A stretch of DNA of 64,000 bases from an uncultured Chloroflexia bacterium (GTDB taxonomy: Bacteria; Chloroflexota; Chloroflexia; Thermomicrobiales; UBA6265), in NCBI GenBank assembly GCA_963724295.1, contig CAVRUC010000002.1, positions 352,001 through 416,000 on the forward strand. Direction: 5' to 3'. This document shows, in pieces, positions 1 to 12,305 of the stretch; positions within the stretch are counted from its first letter, which is position 1, and every line of letters begins with the position of its first letter. The notes below the pieces were generated by a model, which saw nothing but the letters and a program-made list of their open reading frames with translations, made no database searches and was not told where the DNA came from. The position numbers were made by a program, and so were the translations under genes.

Positions 1-520
1 CACGGCCTCCTGGGCTTCGTCGAGGCTGACTGGGCGGCCAAGCAGCAGAGGCGCGCCGACCCGGGACGGCTCCGGCGTCGGAGCGTCGTCGACCCACCGA
101 ATCTGCACGCCTTGCAGACCGAGGCGGTCGGCAATCGCGTTCCGCGCCTCCGGGAAGAGCACGAGTCCGCCGGCGATGGCGATCAGGAGGAGTGCCGCGA
201 CGAGCCAGGCAGCCCTCACCCCAACCCCTCTCCCTGTGCGCAGGGCGAGGGGCGCTCCCGTCCGGGTCGTGCTCCCTTCTCCCCGCGCCGAGGGGCGGAG
301 AAGGGGTGGCGGGGATGAGGGGGTCTTCGGTGAAGGGCTGGGGACGAGGGGAACTCGGGAGCGGGGGTGGGGAGTCCTACTTTACCACTTCGCTCTCGAG
401 TCGCCGACGCACCTGGGTAGCCAGGTCGGGTGTGGTTGGGTAAAGCCGCGGTCCCAGGTCGATCAGCCGCTGCTCGAGCTCGGCATCGGAGAGGCCGGCC
501 AGGGGAAGGCGATTAGCCAC
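1..520 (-). CDS. Putative membrane anti-sigma factor partner of the ECF sigma (3' end runs off window; frameshift near 381-383)
   Basis: GTG at 520 overlaps the sigma stop and reads MANRLPLAGLSDAELEQRLIDLGPRLYPTTPDLATQVRRRL to TAG at 377-379. A second frame, open from 381 to the window edge, contains a TM helix (AAWLVAALLLIAIAGGLVLFPEARNAIADRLGL). Confidence 0.55.
214..322. repeat. REP-like palindromic CCCTCACCCC/CCTCTCCC...GGGGATGAGGG element inside coding region
   Basis: Nested inverted arms ccctcacccc...ggggatgaggg and ctcccttctcccc...ggagaagggg; same family as the hairpin at 5572-5604. Confidence 0.5.
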
Positions 521-1103
521 GAGATCCCCCTTCTCCCGCTGGCCCATCGGTTGCGAGCTGTTGTCGCAGGCGGCTGAGGGCCCGCGACAGCCGTGATTTC
601 ACCGTACCGCGGGCACAACCGAGGAGATCGGCCATCTCCGCTTCCGATAGATCGAGAAAGTAGCGGTAGGCTATTACCCGTTGATCGTCGTCACGCAACG
701 AATTGACCGCTCCCAGCAGCTCTCGTCGCTGTTCCGTGACGAGAGCCACCGCCTCGGGCGACTGGGCCGAGTCGTCCGAGGGATGGGTGGCCGCCGCCTG
801 CAACGTCAGGGTGGGGCGCCGCGCGGTGGTGGCGCGGCGGGTGCGTGCCGCATTGGCGACGATCGTCAAGAGCCAGGGCCGCATCGGAGCGCCACTGCGA
901 AATCGGTCAAGCGCGTGGTAGGCGCGGACGAACCCCTCCTGGACCGCGTCCTCCGCTTCTTCAGCCGACCCCAGAATGGTGTAGGCAAGGCGGAAGGCAA
1001 CGTCCTGGTAGCGGCGCACGAGCTCCTCATAGGCACGGAGATCTCCGCGCCGGGCGCGTTCGACTAACCCCGATTCCGTTTCGTCCAGTGGACGGCCCTC
1101 CAC
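513..1103 (-). CDS. ECF RNA polymerase sigma-70 factor
   Basis: Region 2 (AEDAVQEGFVRAY, WLLTIVAN) and region 4 (LSEAEMADLLGCARGTVKSRLSRA) motifs. Confidence 0.93.
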   Translation of the reverse strand: MEGRPLDETESGLVERARRGDLRAYEELVRRYQDVAFRLAYTILGSAEEAEDAVQEGFVRAYHALDRFRSGAPMRPWLLTIVANAARTRRATTARRPTLTLQAAATHPSDDSAQSPEAVALVTEQRRELLGAVNSLRDDDQRVIAYRYFLDLSEAEMADLLGCARGTVKSRLSRALSRLRQQLATDGPAGEGGSRG

Positions 1104-1199
1104 CGGCCTGATCTCGATCCTGTCTCTTGTACTTCATGGGGCGTCGATTGGTTCCCGATGGAGTCGGAGGTCGGAAGTCGGAAGTCGGGAGTGGTTGTC

Positions 1200-1294
1200 G
1201 GGGTGATTACTCGCTACGCTCGTGGTGGCAGGGTGGCAGGGTGGCGGGGTCTCGTTCTCCCTGTCACCCTGACACCCTGAGACCCCGTCACCCT
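1200..1294 (-). repeat. Dispersed octamer-arm repeat, copy 1
   Basis: Reverse complement of the (GGGTGRCA)n-CAGGGAGAACGA-(CCACCCTG)n-CCACCACGAGCGTAGCGAGTAA unit also seen at 40599, 47651 and 58930. Confidence 0.8.
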
Positions 1295-4200
1295 CAGGTG
1301 AGGAGGGGTAGCCGCAGGGTGAAGGCGGTGCCCTCGCCTTCCACGCTTTGCACGCTGATCGCGCCGCCATGTTGCGCGACGATCTGTTTGGCCCCGGTCA
1401 ACCCGATCCCGGATCCGGCAATGTGCCGTTGCACGTTGCCGCCACGGCGGAAGCGGTCGAAGACATAGGGGAGATCGGAGGCGGGAATGCCTAGACCGCG
1501 ATCCTCGATCGTCACGACTCCCCAACTCCCATCTTCGTCTTCTTCGCGATGCGCGTGAACGATGACGTCTCCCCCCGCCGGACTGTATTTGATGGCGTTG
1601 TCGAGCATGTTGCGGACGACGCGCTCGATGCGCGACCGGTCCGCGAGTGCGACGAGGGAGAAGGTTGCGGATTCGACGCGCACGAGATGGGACGGGCTGA
1701 CTCGCTGGGCCTCGGTCGCGCACGCGCGCACGATCGCGACGATGTCGATGGGCTGTTGCCTGAGCTCGAGAGGCTGCCCAGCCCCCAACCGGGCAGTGTC
1801 CATGAGATCGTCGATCAGACCCGCCGCCCGTAGCGCGGAGGATGCGATCGTGGCCAGTCTCGATTCAGTGTCCTCGCGGTCGACGTCACCATCGCGCCGC
1901 AGCCGACGTTGCAGCAATTGCGTCTGACCGAGGACCGCGGTGAGCGGATTCCGCAGGTCGTGAGCGGTTGCGTCGATGAAGGCCCGCCATTCCTCTTCGC
2001 CGCGCTTTTGCTCGGTGAGATCGAGGATGAAGCAGATCGAAAGCGGCGGATCCCGCTGCAGCGCGGCGGCGCCGAACAGGACTGGGATGCGGGTGCCATC
2101 GCGACGGATGTACTCCTTTTCGAACGGCGAACAGACGCCCCGTTCGGCGAGCTCGGCGGTCGCGCGGGCGTCCAGCTCGGCAAACTCGGGCGGCGTCATG
2201 TCGCGCCAGCTTAGCCGGCCGCCGTCCAACTCCTCTCGCGTATACCCCACCATGTCCAGGAAGTGATCATTGGCTTCCACGATTCGGTGGTCGTCCGTGA
2301 CAGTGACGCCGACGACGCCAGCATCGAGCAGTCGCCGCACTTTCGCTTCGGCGGCCCGCGCTTCGGTGTAGAGACGCGCGTTGTCGACGGCGAGGGCAAC
2401 ACGCTGTGCCAGCAGCCGGGCGAAGGCGAGGTTCTCGGGAGAAAATCGTCTGCCCGACGCACCGGTCATACAGAAGGTCAGAGCGCCAAGGGTCCGGTCA
2501 CGGGCACGCAGCGGGATGGTCATCTGGGAGCGGAAGTTCCGTCCGCGCATGAACTCCAGATGCTCAGGTGAGAAGGCGATGCGCTTCAACCAGGAGCCTG
2601 TCACATTGGGGACGAACTGTGGCTCCCCCGTCTCGAGCGTGCGCGAGATAGGGTGCTCGGGATGGACGCGCATCGGCAGGTACTGAGCGAGACGCTCGTC
2701 GAAAATTCGTTGCTCATCCGGGTCGATATGGACCCATGCCACGCGCCGAATCTGCCCGTCTGCCTGGATCAGGTCCGCGAAGCAATAGTCGGCGAGCTCG
2801 GGCACAATGAGGCGCGTCACACGACGCAGGGTCTCCTCGGGATCGAGTGAGCTTGCCAGCGTCTGGCCGAGCTCGGCCAGGAAGCGCTGATTCGCCTCGA
2901 CCCGCTTCGCGTCGTCGATGTCGGTCGAGGTGCCGAACCATTTGACGATCTTCCCCGCGCCGTCGCGCACCGGCGCCGAGCGACTGAGGAACCAGCGATA
3001 CGTTCCATCGGCGGCGCGCAGCCGCAACTCGCTTTGAAACGGCTCACCGGCGCGGAACGCGTCCGCCCAGCGCGCGGTGACGACTAGCGAGTCGTCGGGA
3101 TGGATCGGCGCGCTGGCCAGCGGGGCGGGGCCAGGGGCCATGTCAAGGCCGAGACCTGTGTAATCGGACCAGCGTTTGTTCAAGTACTCCACGGTCGTTC
3201 CATCGCCACTGGTCACCCAGGCGATCTGCGGAATGGCGTCGGCGAGCTGGCGGAAGCGCGCCTCGCTCAGCCGCACCGCCTCGTAGAGTCGCGCTCGTTC
3301 CAGCGCCTGGCTGCAGAGATCCGTGATCGTGGCCACGAAGCGGCGGTCGTCATCATCGAAGGTGCGGTCGCTGGGAAAGGCCAGGTAGACCACCCCGATC
3401 GATTCCTCACCGGCGCGCAAAGGGAGTCCCATCGCCGCGCCGTGCTGGTTCGCTTTCAGTTCGTTATGGTGCGGGTAGCGCGCCAGCCGCTCGCTCCAGG
3501 TTTCGATGATGATCGGCACGCCGTGGCAAGCGACCTCGCCGACCATCGTTCGATCGTCCACCGGCACCCGCTGCCAGCGTTCCCGCTGCTCTGGCGCGTG
3601 CCCCGTTGCCGCCAGGCTGACGAGCTCGCGGCCGTCATCACCGCGGAGGTAGACATTGCCGATGTTGGCGCCGAGCGCGGGTACGACATGCTCGATAACG
3701 GCGCCCCCAATTGTCTCTGGATCGAGCGCGCCAGCTAGCGCTGCCGCCAGCTCCTGGAGCCGCTCCGCTCGCTCCTCGCGGCGGCGTCGCTCGGTGACGT
3801 CGCGATTCGCCTCCATCACGTAGCGTCGACCCGCGTCGACGACGACCTGATGCCGCGACTCGACAACCAGCCGCCGCCCGTCCTTGCTGGTGTGCTCCGC
3901 TTCGATCTCGGCGACACCGTGCTGCTCGAGCCGTTGCATCAAGCGCGACAGACTTTCGCCATGCGCGGTGAAGAGCAGTTCGTTGCTGACGCGGCCAACG
4001 GCCTCTTCGGCTGTGTAGCCGTACATTCGCTCGGCGCCTTTGTTCCAGTAGGTAATTGGCCCGTCCCACTCCCAGGCGAATATGGCGTCGTATGCCTGGT
4101 CCAGGAGCGCCGCCTGGCGCCGTAGCTCCTCTTCCGCGAGCTGGTAGGTCGTGACGTCGACGGTCACGCCGATCATGGAGAGAGGGCGTGCCTTCCGCGG

Positions 4201-5482
4201 TGCGCAGGACGCGGCCACGCGCCATGATCCAGTGGACGCCGCCATCGGGCCACCGGATGCGGTACCGGGTGTCATAGTCGCCGCCGTTGGCGATTGCCTG
4301 CTCGATGGTCTTGCGCGCCTGTTCGCGATCCTGGGGGACAACCGCCGCGATCAGATCGCGGTAGGAAAGGTTGGCTTCGGGCGGCAGCCCAAAATTGGCC
4401 TTGCACCGCGCCGAGCAGGACAGGTCCATCTCCGGCAGGGTGAGGAGCCAGGACCCCATGCGGCCGGCCTCCTGCGCCAGCTCGAGCCGCTCCTCACTCC
4501 GGCGTAGCGCCTCGTAGAGCTCGGCCCGCTGCAGGGCCTGGGCGCAGAGATCGGCAACCGTCGCCATGAAGCGACGGTCGTCCTCGTGGAAGGGGTGGTC
4601 GCTGGGAAAGGCCAGCGACAGGGCGCCGATCGTGCGCCCTTCGACCTGCAAGGGCAGACCAGCCACGGCCCGGTCACCGCCCCTGGCGTGGACGCGGCGA
4701 TGGTGCGGGTACCGCGCGATCCGCTCCTCCCAGGTGGACAACAAGATTGGCTCGCCGGTGCGGACCACCTCGGCCACCAGCGTCGGACCGTCCAACGGCA
4801 GTCGCTGTGCCCACTGCGCGATCTCGGGTGCATACCCCAGCACGGCGACGTTGCGCAGCTCGCGCGTGCTGTTGTCGACCAGGAAGACATTGCCGGCGTT
4901 GGCGCCGAGCGCGGGCATCGCGCGCTCGATGATCGCCGCGCCGACGCTCTCCGAATCGAGCGCGGCCGAGAGGGCGGCGGTCAGCTCCTGCAATTGTCTG
5001 GCGCGCTCTTCATGGTGCGATCGGTCGGGTCGCTCTTGCGCGGTGATGTCCCGCGCAATGACGGTCAGCCCCGGCTCGGTGGGGAGGATGTGGACCTGCA
5101 GCCGGACAGCGTCGCCGGCCGCGTCGAGGACGTGGTGCTCGACGTGGAGGGGGATCCGTTCGGCCATCGCGCGGCGGAGATCCTCTGAGAGGGTCTTCCC
5201 GGTGGTCGATATCCAGGCGTCCCAGAGGGGCGCGGCGGCAATGTCCGCGGCTGGTCGCCAGCCGAGGCGATCGGCGGCGGCGTTGTGCGCGACGATCCGA
5301 AGCTCGCGGTCGAGTGTGACGACGGCGTCGCCCAGCTGATCCAGCACGTCGAACAGGTCTGGGATCACCAGCATCGCCACATCCTCACCTGAAGCCTGCC
5401 TCGGGCCAGCATCAGTCGTGCCAGCCTCCGCCGACGGGTGCTGACGCCGATCCGGGACCAGCCGCTGCGGCGTGCCGGCCAT
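1294..5482 (-). CDS. Multi-PAS/GAF sensor histidine kinase (frameshift near 4180)
   Basis: ORF 3638..5482 (PAS-GAF-PAS) joins ORF 1294..4341 at EGTP|LSMIGVTVDV. C-terminal H-box (AHDLRNPL), N-box (LDNAIKYS) and G boxes (DRGLGI, GSGIGL). Confidence 0.88.
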
Positions 5483-5571
5483 GGCGGGTCGGGATGTATA
5501 CCTGAATTGTAGTTGCGGCCGGTCGTGTTGCGAGGTTCAGGTTAACGCAGTCGTGAGCTCGGCGAGTGGGT

Positions 5572-5604
5572 TCCCCCTCTCCCGGTCGAACCGGGAGAGG
5601 GGGA
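5572..5604. terminator. 15-bp GC-rich hairpin downstream of the ABC operon (terminator or REP-like)
   Basis: TCCCCCTCTCCCGGT-CGA-ACCGGGAGAGGGGGA, 28 nt after the substrate-binding protein stop; no clear U tract. Confidence 0.5.
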
Positions 5605-5631
5605 TGTATAGCTCGATGTGAGCCGGCTAGG

Positions 5632-6655
5632 CTACGCCGCTGGAGTGCCCTCTGCTGCCTCGGGGGTGGCGCCAGCCCCGGCGGCAGTGATGCCGGCCTC
5701 CTCGAGGCGCTCGGCCTCGCCGAGATTGTCGGCGGTGATCAGTGCCGGCTCGATCAACGTGATGGTCTCAGCCGGTTCCGTCCCGTCCCGCAGGTAGTTG
5801 ACGATGATCTCCATGGCGCCGCTGGTTTGACCACCGGGAAACTGCTCGACGGTCGCGGCCAGGGTGCCGTTCTCGATGGCTTGCAGCGCCTCAGGAAGGG
5901 CGTCGAAACCGATGATCGGGACTTCAAGACCGGCGCCAGCCACGGCCTCGGCAGCGCCGAACGCCATGTCGTCATTCGCGGCAACGATAGCGTCGATGTC
6001 GGGGTTGGCCTGGAGCGCCTGCTCGGTGACCGTTAGCCCCAGGTCGCGCTTGAATTCCGCGGTCTGTTGAAAGACGATCTCGTATTCGGGATGGTCAGCA
6101 ATCACAGAGTTGAACCCGGCGGAGCGATCGATCGCGGGGGAGGCGCCGACAGTGCCTTGCAGCTCGATAATCTTGCCACCTTCGGGGAGGATCTCCATGA
6201 GATACTCGCCCTGCTTCTCGCCGCCGCGAACATTGTCGGCGCCGACGTGGCCTAGAATCTCGACGCCCTCGACTGCGCGATCGATTGTCACGACCGGGAT
6301 GCCGGCATCAATGACCGCCTGCACCGCTGGGGCGAGCGCCTGGGCATCTCTGGGCGATATGACGACGCCGTCGACTCCCTGGGCGATCGCCGACTCGAGG
6401 TTGGCCGACTGCGTCGCCGAATTGTCCTGGCCATCCTGCACGATCAGCTCGACATCGAGCTCGGTGGCCTTCTCTTCGGCAATGTTCACCATATGCACGA
6501 AGAAGGGGAAGTTGAGACCAGGTACCGAGAAGACGATCTGGAGCTGTTCGTCCTGCCGGGCCGCAGCCGGGGCGCCGAGCTAGGGGTAGGCTGACTAACA
6601 GACCAAACAGCAGGGTCACCACAAGCAGGCGTGTGGACATCCGTTGTTCACGCAT
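5632..6655 (-). CDS. Sugar ABC transporter substrate-binding protein, RbsB-like (frameshift near 6580)
   Basis: Signal peptide MREQRMSTRLLVVTLLFGLL in one frame, then Peripla_BP motifs (GIPVVTIDR, VGADN, AANDDMAFGA, IIGFDA, ATVEQFP). Confidence 0.88.
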
Positions 6656-6981
6656 CGTTGTCTCCTTTGCAAGAGCACGTGCAAGTGCAGGAATCACGCG
6701 CTGCGCACGTAGCAGGCCGCGTGTCACGGGTTCGGCGGGCTATCGGCGTCTGACGCGACTTGCGTCAGTACCACTCCCCGTAGGGCAACGCTGCCCCGGG
6801 CACGACTTGCTCCAACTGCAACAGTCGGGCGACATCCCTGCGCGCCTTCGCCTCCTTTCTCCTTCGCATGAGTCGCTCTTCACCGTGCGTCCACAGGGGA
6901 CGATTGGCTGCAGTCGATGGGGCGACTCGTCGGCCGCCGAGTTACTGGCCATAGCCGCCGCACAGCGGGCCGGCTTGACGC

Positions 6982-8016
<1,035 letters not shown>

Positions 8017-8025
8017 GCTCTCTCC

Positions 8026-9621
8026 TCAGGCCGCCGTTTCAGCCGACGCCGAAACACCTGTCGCCAGGGCCATGACCGCCTCCTGCGTTGCCTCAGATCG
8101 CGCCAATTCGCCGGCGATCCGGCCCTGTCGCATGACGACGATGCGGTCGCTCATATGGATGATCTCCGGCAGCTCCGAGGAAATCATCAGGATCGCCACG
8201 CCGTCGGCGGCAAGCTGGTGCATCAGCCCATGGACCTCGGCTTTGGCCCCGATGTCGATGCCCCGCGTCGGCTCGTCCATGATCAGGATCTTCGGATGGA
8301 GGGCCAGCCACTTGGCGATGACGACCTTCTGCTGGTTGCCACCGGAGAGGTTGAGCACCTTCTGCTCGATCGACGGCGTCCGCACCTGAAGAGCCTCCAC
8401 CATCCGCCGCGCCAGCGCCCGCTCCGCGGCGAGCCGCACGATGCCGAAGCGGCTTAGCCGGTCCAGGAGCGACAGTGACAGGTTCTCGCGGATGGCCAGG
8501 CTGAGCACCAATGCCTGGAGTTTACGATCTTCCGGTACCAGACCGATACCCATGCGGATGGCCTCGCGGGGTGAGCGGATCCGGATCGGCTGACCGTCGA
8601 CGATGATCTCGCCATGGTCGTACTCGTCGGCGCCGAAGATGGCGCGCGCGATCTCGGTGCGGCCCGAACCGACCAACCCGGCAAGTCCCACGATCTCGCC
8701 GGGGCGGACAGTGAACGAGACATCCTCGAGCACGATCGCCGAAGGATCCTGACCCGTGCCGGTGCGGCCGAGACCGCGCACCTCCAGAACCGGCGCCGGC
8801 GAGCGCTCGGCGAGAATTTCCAGACGGCGCTCGGCCTCCTCCGGCCGGAACAGATCCATCAGCGGACGGCCGACCATCAGCCGCACGATGCGGTCGGGCG
8901 TGGCCTCCGCAATTGGCAGATCACCGGCGAGTTGACCGTCGCGCAGGATCGTGACCCGGTCGCAAATGGTGAAGATCTCCTCCAGACGGTGCGAAATGTA
9001 GATGACGGCCAGACCCCGTTTCTTCAGCCCCCGGATGATCTCGAACAGTGCCGTCACCTCGGTGTCTGTCAGGGCCGAGGTTGGCTCGTCCATGATGACC
9101 AGCCGGGCATTGAGCGAGAGGGCCTTGGCGATCTCGACCATCTGCTGTTCGGCGACCGAGAGAGAACGGACGATCGCACCTGGATTGAGGCGCACGCCCA
9201 GCTGGTCGAGCAGGTCCGTCGTCTGCTTGCGCAGCTGGCGCCAGCGGACGACCTTACCGGCGTTCGGCTCCCGGCCGACGAAGACGTTCTCCTCTACCGA
9301 AAGGTTCGGCATCAGATTGAACTCTTGATAGATGATGGAGATACCGAGATCCTGCGCTTGGCGGGGACTGTGGAGGACGACCGGCTTGCCGTCGAGGATG
9401 ATCTCGCCGCTGTCTGGCTGATAGACCCCGGAGAGGATTTTCATCAGCGTGCTCTTGCCGGCGCCATTCTCCCCCACGAGCCCGAGAACTTCGCCGGGAT
9501 GGACTTCGAGACTGACGTCTTGCAACGCCAGCACGCCGGGGAAGCTCTTCGTGACCCGCTCGACCCGGAGCAGGGCAGGCGGCGACGAATCGTCCGGTCG
9601 TGCCGGTTCGCTCTGGGCCAT
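8026..9621 (-). CDS. Sugar ABC transporter ATP-binding protein, RbsA/MglA-like
   Basis: Walker A GENGAGKST, two ABC domains, LSGGNQQKV, MDEPTRGIDIG; likely start MAQSEP at 9621. Confidence 0.95.
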   Translation of the reverse strand: MAQSEPARPDDSSPPALLRVERVTKSFPGVLALQDVSLEVHPGEVLGLVGENGAGKSTLMKILSGVYQPDSGEIILDGKPVVLHSPRQAQDLGISIIYQEFNLMPNLSVEENVFVGREPNAGKVVRWRQLRKQTTDLLDQLGVRLNPGAIVRSLSVAEQQMVEIAKALSLNARLVIMDEPTSALTDTEVTALFEIIRGLKKRGLAVIYISHRLEEIFTICDRVTILRDGQLAGDLPIAEATPDRIVRLMVGRPLMDLFRPEEAERRLEILAERSPAPVLEVRGLGRTGTGQDPSAIVLEDVSFTVRPGEIVGLAGLVGSGRTEIARAIFGADEYDHGEIIVDGQPIRIRSPREAIRMGIGLVPEDRKLQALVLSLAIRENLSLSLLDRLSRFGIVRLAAERALARRMVEALQVRTPSIEQKVLNLSGGNQQKVVIAKWLALHPKILIMDEPTRGIDIGAKAEVHGLMHQLAADGVAILMISSELPEIIHMSDRIVVMRQGRIAGELARSEATQEAVMALATGVSASAETAA

Positions 9622-9742
9622 GCTCGGGCTCGTCCCCTTCGACACGCAATGCCGGCTGGCGTGCCAGCCGGCCACTTTTGCCCGTGGTTCAAGCGTAGGG
9701 TGCGTGAGGGTCCGGAATCTGTCAAGACCGCGCCAGAGGGCA

Positions 9743-9771
9743 TTGACGGGAGAGAACATATGTTCTATTCT
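9743..9771 (+). promoter_or_regulatory. Sigma70 promoter with LexA (SOS) box in the spacer
   Basis: TTGACG(9743)-17 nt-TATTCT(9766); perfect palindrome AGAACATATGTTCT (GAAC-N4-GTTC) at 9753-9766; ATG 6 nt after the -10. Confidence 0.85.
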
Positions 9772-9777
9772 CGGGCA

Positions 9778-10710
9778 ATGACACGAGCCGAGTACCGCGA
9801 GACGCCCTGTAAGTCCGCCCTGAATCGCGTGTCGGGGATGCCGTTTCGTTGGTCGCTCAATCCCTATCGCGGCTGCGTCCACGGCTGTCACTACTGCTAC
9901 GCTCGCGCCACCCATCCCTATCTCGGGCTCAACGCCGACGAGGACTTCGCGACCAGGATCGTCGTCAAGGCCAATATGCCAGAGGTGTTACGGCAGGAGT
10001 TGGGCCGGCGCTCGTGGACGCGGGAGCGAGTGGCCATCGGCACGGCGACCGATGCCTATCAGCCCTGCGAGGGACGTTACCAACTCACGCGTCGCTGCCT
10101 GGAAGCGCTGCGCGACCACGCCACCCCGGTCAGCATCGTCACCAAGTCGACGCTGATCCTGCGCGATCTCGACCTGCTCACCGAGCTGGCCCATGGTCCA
10201 GGTGCCACCGTCTTTTTCACGATCACGACGCTGGATCACCAGTTGTGGCGCTTGATCGAGCCGGGTACACCCCCTCCGCTCAAACGCCTCGAGGTCTTGC
10301 GGCAATTGAGTCAGGCTGGCATTCCGACCGGAGTCTTCCTGGCGCCGATTCTGCCCGGAATTACCGATGGAGTGGAATCGGTCGATGCGGTGGCCGCGGC
10401 CGCCAAAGCACATGGGGCGGCCTCATTCGGCTCGGCGGTGCTTCGTCTCGCTCCTCTCGTCAAGGAGCACTATCTGGCCTTCGTCAGCGAGACGTTCCCG
10501 GATCTGCTACCGCGTTACGAGCGGGCCTACATCGGGACGAACATCTCCGCCGACTACCAGGCGGCGATCGAGCGGCGCCTCGCCCGTGTCCGGGAGGGGT
10601 ACGGGTTTGCCGCGGATGCCATGCAAAGCCGGAAGATGGAAGTGGCCTCGTCGATGAGGACCGCCGCGCCTGAATCAGTCGCACCTGGGCAACTGGCCCT
10701 CCCGCTATAG
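9778..10710 (+). CDS. Radical SAM protein, spore photoproduct lyase-like / Rv2578c family
   Basis: SLNPYRGCVHGCHYCYAR (CxxxCxxC), GTATDAYQP, SIVTKS; C-terminal QLALPL resembles a beta-clamp binding motif. Confidence 0.9.
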   Translation: MTRAEYRETPCKSALNRVSGMPFRWSLNPYRGCVHGCHYCYARATHPYLGLNADEDFATRIVVKANMPEVLRQELGRRSWTRERVAIGTATDAYQPCEGRYQLTRRCLEALRDHATPVSIVTKSTLILRDLDLLTELAHGPGATVFFTITTLDHQLWRLIEPGTPPPLKRLEVLRQLSQAGIPTGVFLAPILPGITDGVESVDAVAAAAKAHGAASFGSAVLRLAPLVKEHYLAFVSETFPDLLPRYERAYIGTNISADYQAAIERRLARVREGYGFAADAMQSRKMEVASSMRTAAPESVAPGQLALPL

Positions 10711-11022
10711 GACCGGGGACCTCGGCATGAGGGACGTGGCAGCTCCGCGCCTGTCTCGAGGTCGGCTTGGCCGCAGCTTGTCCCTACGGGCTTGATGGCG
10801 AAGAAACGCGGTGGCTGTCGCACCGTCAACTTCCAGCGACGCCAGCGAACTACGTGAAATCACGTAGTCGACTGATTGCACGCTCACCGCGGATTACGTG
10901 ATTCCCCCCTCGTGCCCGCTCTATCCAACCGGCATGCTCGACGTGTGCCCGACAGCTCTCGGGCCCATCACGACGAAACGCGGCGGATAGCTTCCCCGCG
11001 AGAGCGAGCCGGAGGATCAGGC

Positions 11023-11571
11023 ATGACAGCGATGGTTCGAGCGCGGGGAGTCCTCCTGGCAGCAGGACTCCTGATCGCGGTTGGAGTGACGACGGGAACA
11101 GTGTGGGCCGCCGAGATCAGCTGCACCGTCGGCGTCTCCTGTGACGGCACCAGCGGACCCGACGAACTGCAGGGGACCAGGAAGAAAAACCACCTCTATG
11201 GGAAGGCGGGCAATGACACCCTCCTCGCTCGCAGCGGCAACGATGTCCTGTTTGGGGACGGCCCGATCGACACGGGTGCGGATGGCAACGACCAGCTCTA
11301 CGGTGGTCCGGGCAACGACATCTTCAACGGCGGCGGAGGCAGTGACCTGCTCGAAGGGGGTGATGGTGACGACTGGATCTCTGCCAACGCAGACCTGACA
11401 TTCAGCAATCCCGGGGAGGACACCATCAAGGCCGGCAAGGGCAATGACGTCATCGAGGCGGCGGACGGCCACAAAGACACCATCGACTGCGGAAGCGGGA
11501 AAGACGAGGTCTATTTCGACCAGAACCTCGACCAGGTCGCGGCCAACTGTGAGGAGCAGTTCCCGGAATAG
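11023..11571 (+). CDS. Secreted RTX/hemolysin-type calcium-binding repeat protein
   Basis: GGAGG RBS, signal peptide, GGxGxD nonapeptide repeats, C-terminal DTIDCGSGKD...NCE. Confidence 0.85.
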   Translation: MTAMVRARGVLLAAGLLIAVGVTTGTVWAAEISCTVGVSCDGTSGPDELQGTRKKNHLYGKAGNDTLLARSGNDVLFGDGPIDTGADGNDQLYGGPGNDIFNGGGGSDLLEGGDGDDWISANADLTFSNPGEDTIKAGKGNDVIEAADGHKDTIDCGSGKDEVYFDQNLDQVAANCEEQFPE

Positions 11572-11807
11572 GGCCAGAAAGGCATGGCAGGGATCGCGCC
11601 CTGCACCAGGCTGCCAATCTCCAGGCCAAACCATGGGAGGCGGGCTATCGGGAGCCGAACTAGCAAATGCTTCTGATTCCTTGCCCGCACGTGCTCCTCG
11701 ACATGGTTGATCCACCGGGTGGCGTGCGCCTCCACGACGGGCAGGATCGCGAGGCGATCAGCGTGACAGCGGCCGGACCATCCGGCCAAGAAAAACGGAG
11801 GACTGCG

Positions 11808-12259
11808 ATGAACCGCATGAACCGAATGACGATGCTTGCTATTGTTTTGGTGACGGCAGCGTTGCTGATCGCAAGTGGGACGGTCCTGGCCAAGGATATC
11901 TCCTGCGGGCCGCCCGCCAGCGGCCCATGCGTCGGCACCAGGCGAGTCGACGACATCCGCGGCACGACCGGAAACGACGAGATCAGCGGCCGTGGTGGCA
12001 ACGACACCATCTTCGGTGACTTTCCCTTTGGCGGCGGCGTCGGCAACGACACGATCCGCGGCGGCGACGGTGACGACATCTCTCTATGACTTCACATGGT
12101 GGCGGCGACATCGACCAGGTCTTCGGCGGCAAGGGCAACGACCACATCGAGGTCCAGGACGGTGACGCGCTCGACGAGGTCGACTGCGGCCCCGGCAAGG
12201 ATGAGGTTTTCGCCGATCCGGGCGACACCGTCGCGGCCAACTGCGAGAAGGTGAGCTAG
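11808..12259 (+). CDS. Second RTX calcium-binding repeat protein (frameshift near 12080)
   Basis: GGAGG RBS, signal peptide, GGxGND repeats; continues in another frame to DEVDCGPGKD...ANCEKVS* at 12259; paralog of 11023..11571. Confidence 0.75.
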
Positions 12260-12305
12260 AACAGTTGCGTAGCGGACGCGGGCTTGATACTGTCGATGGG
12301 AGGTG

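Noticed and set aside
1163..1192. GTCGGA(A/G) heptamer tandem repeat
   Set aside because: A short simple repeat of four units next to the octamer element; no independent function can be supported.
8614..9777. N-terminal extension of the 698-aa ORF, and other long shadow ORFs (e.g. 48594..50054, 53185..54603, 21004..22080)
   Set aside because: Antisense or alternative-frame ORFs over well-supported genes, typical of high-GC DNA.
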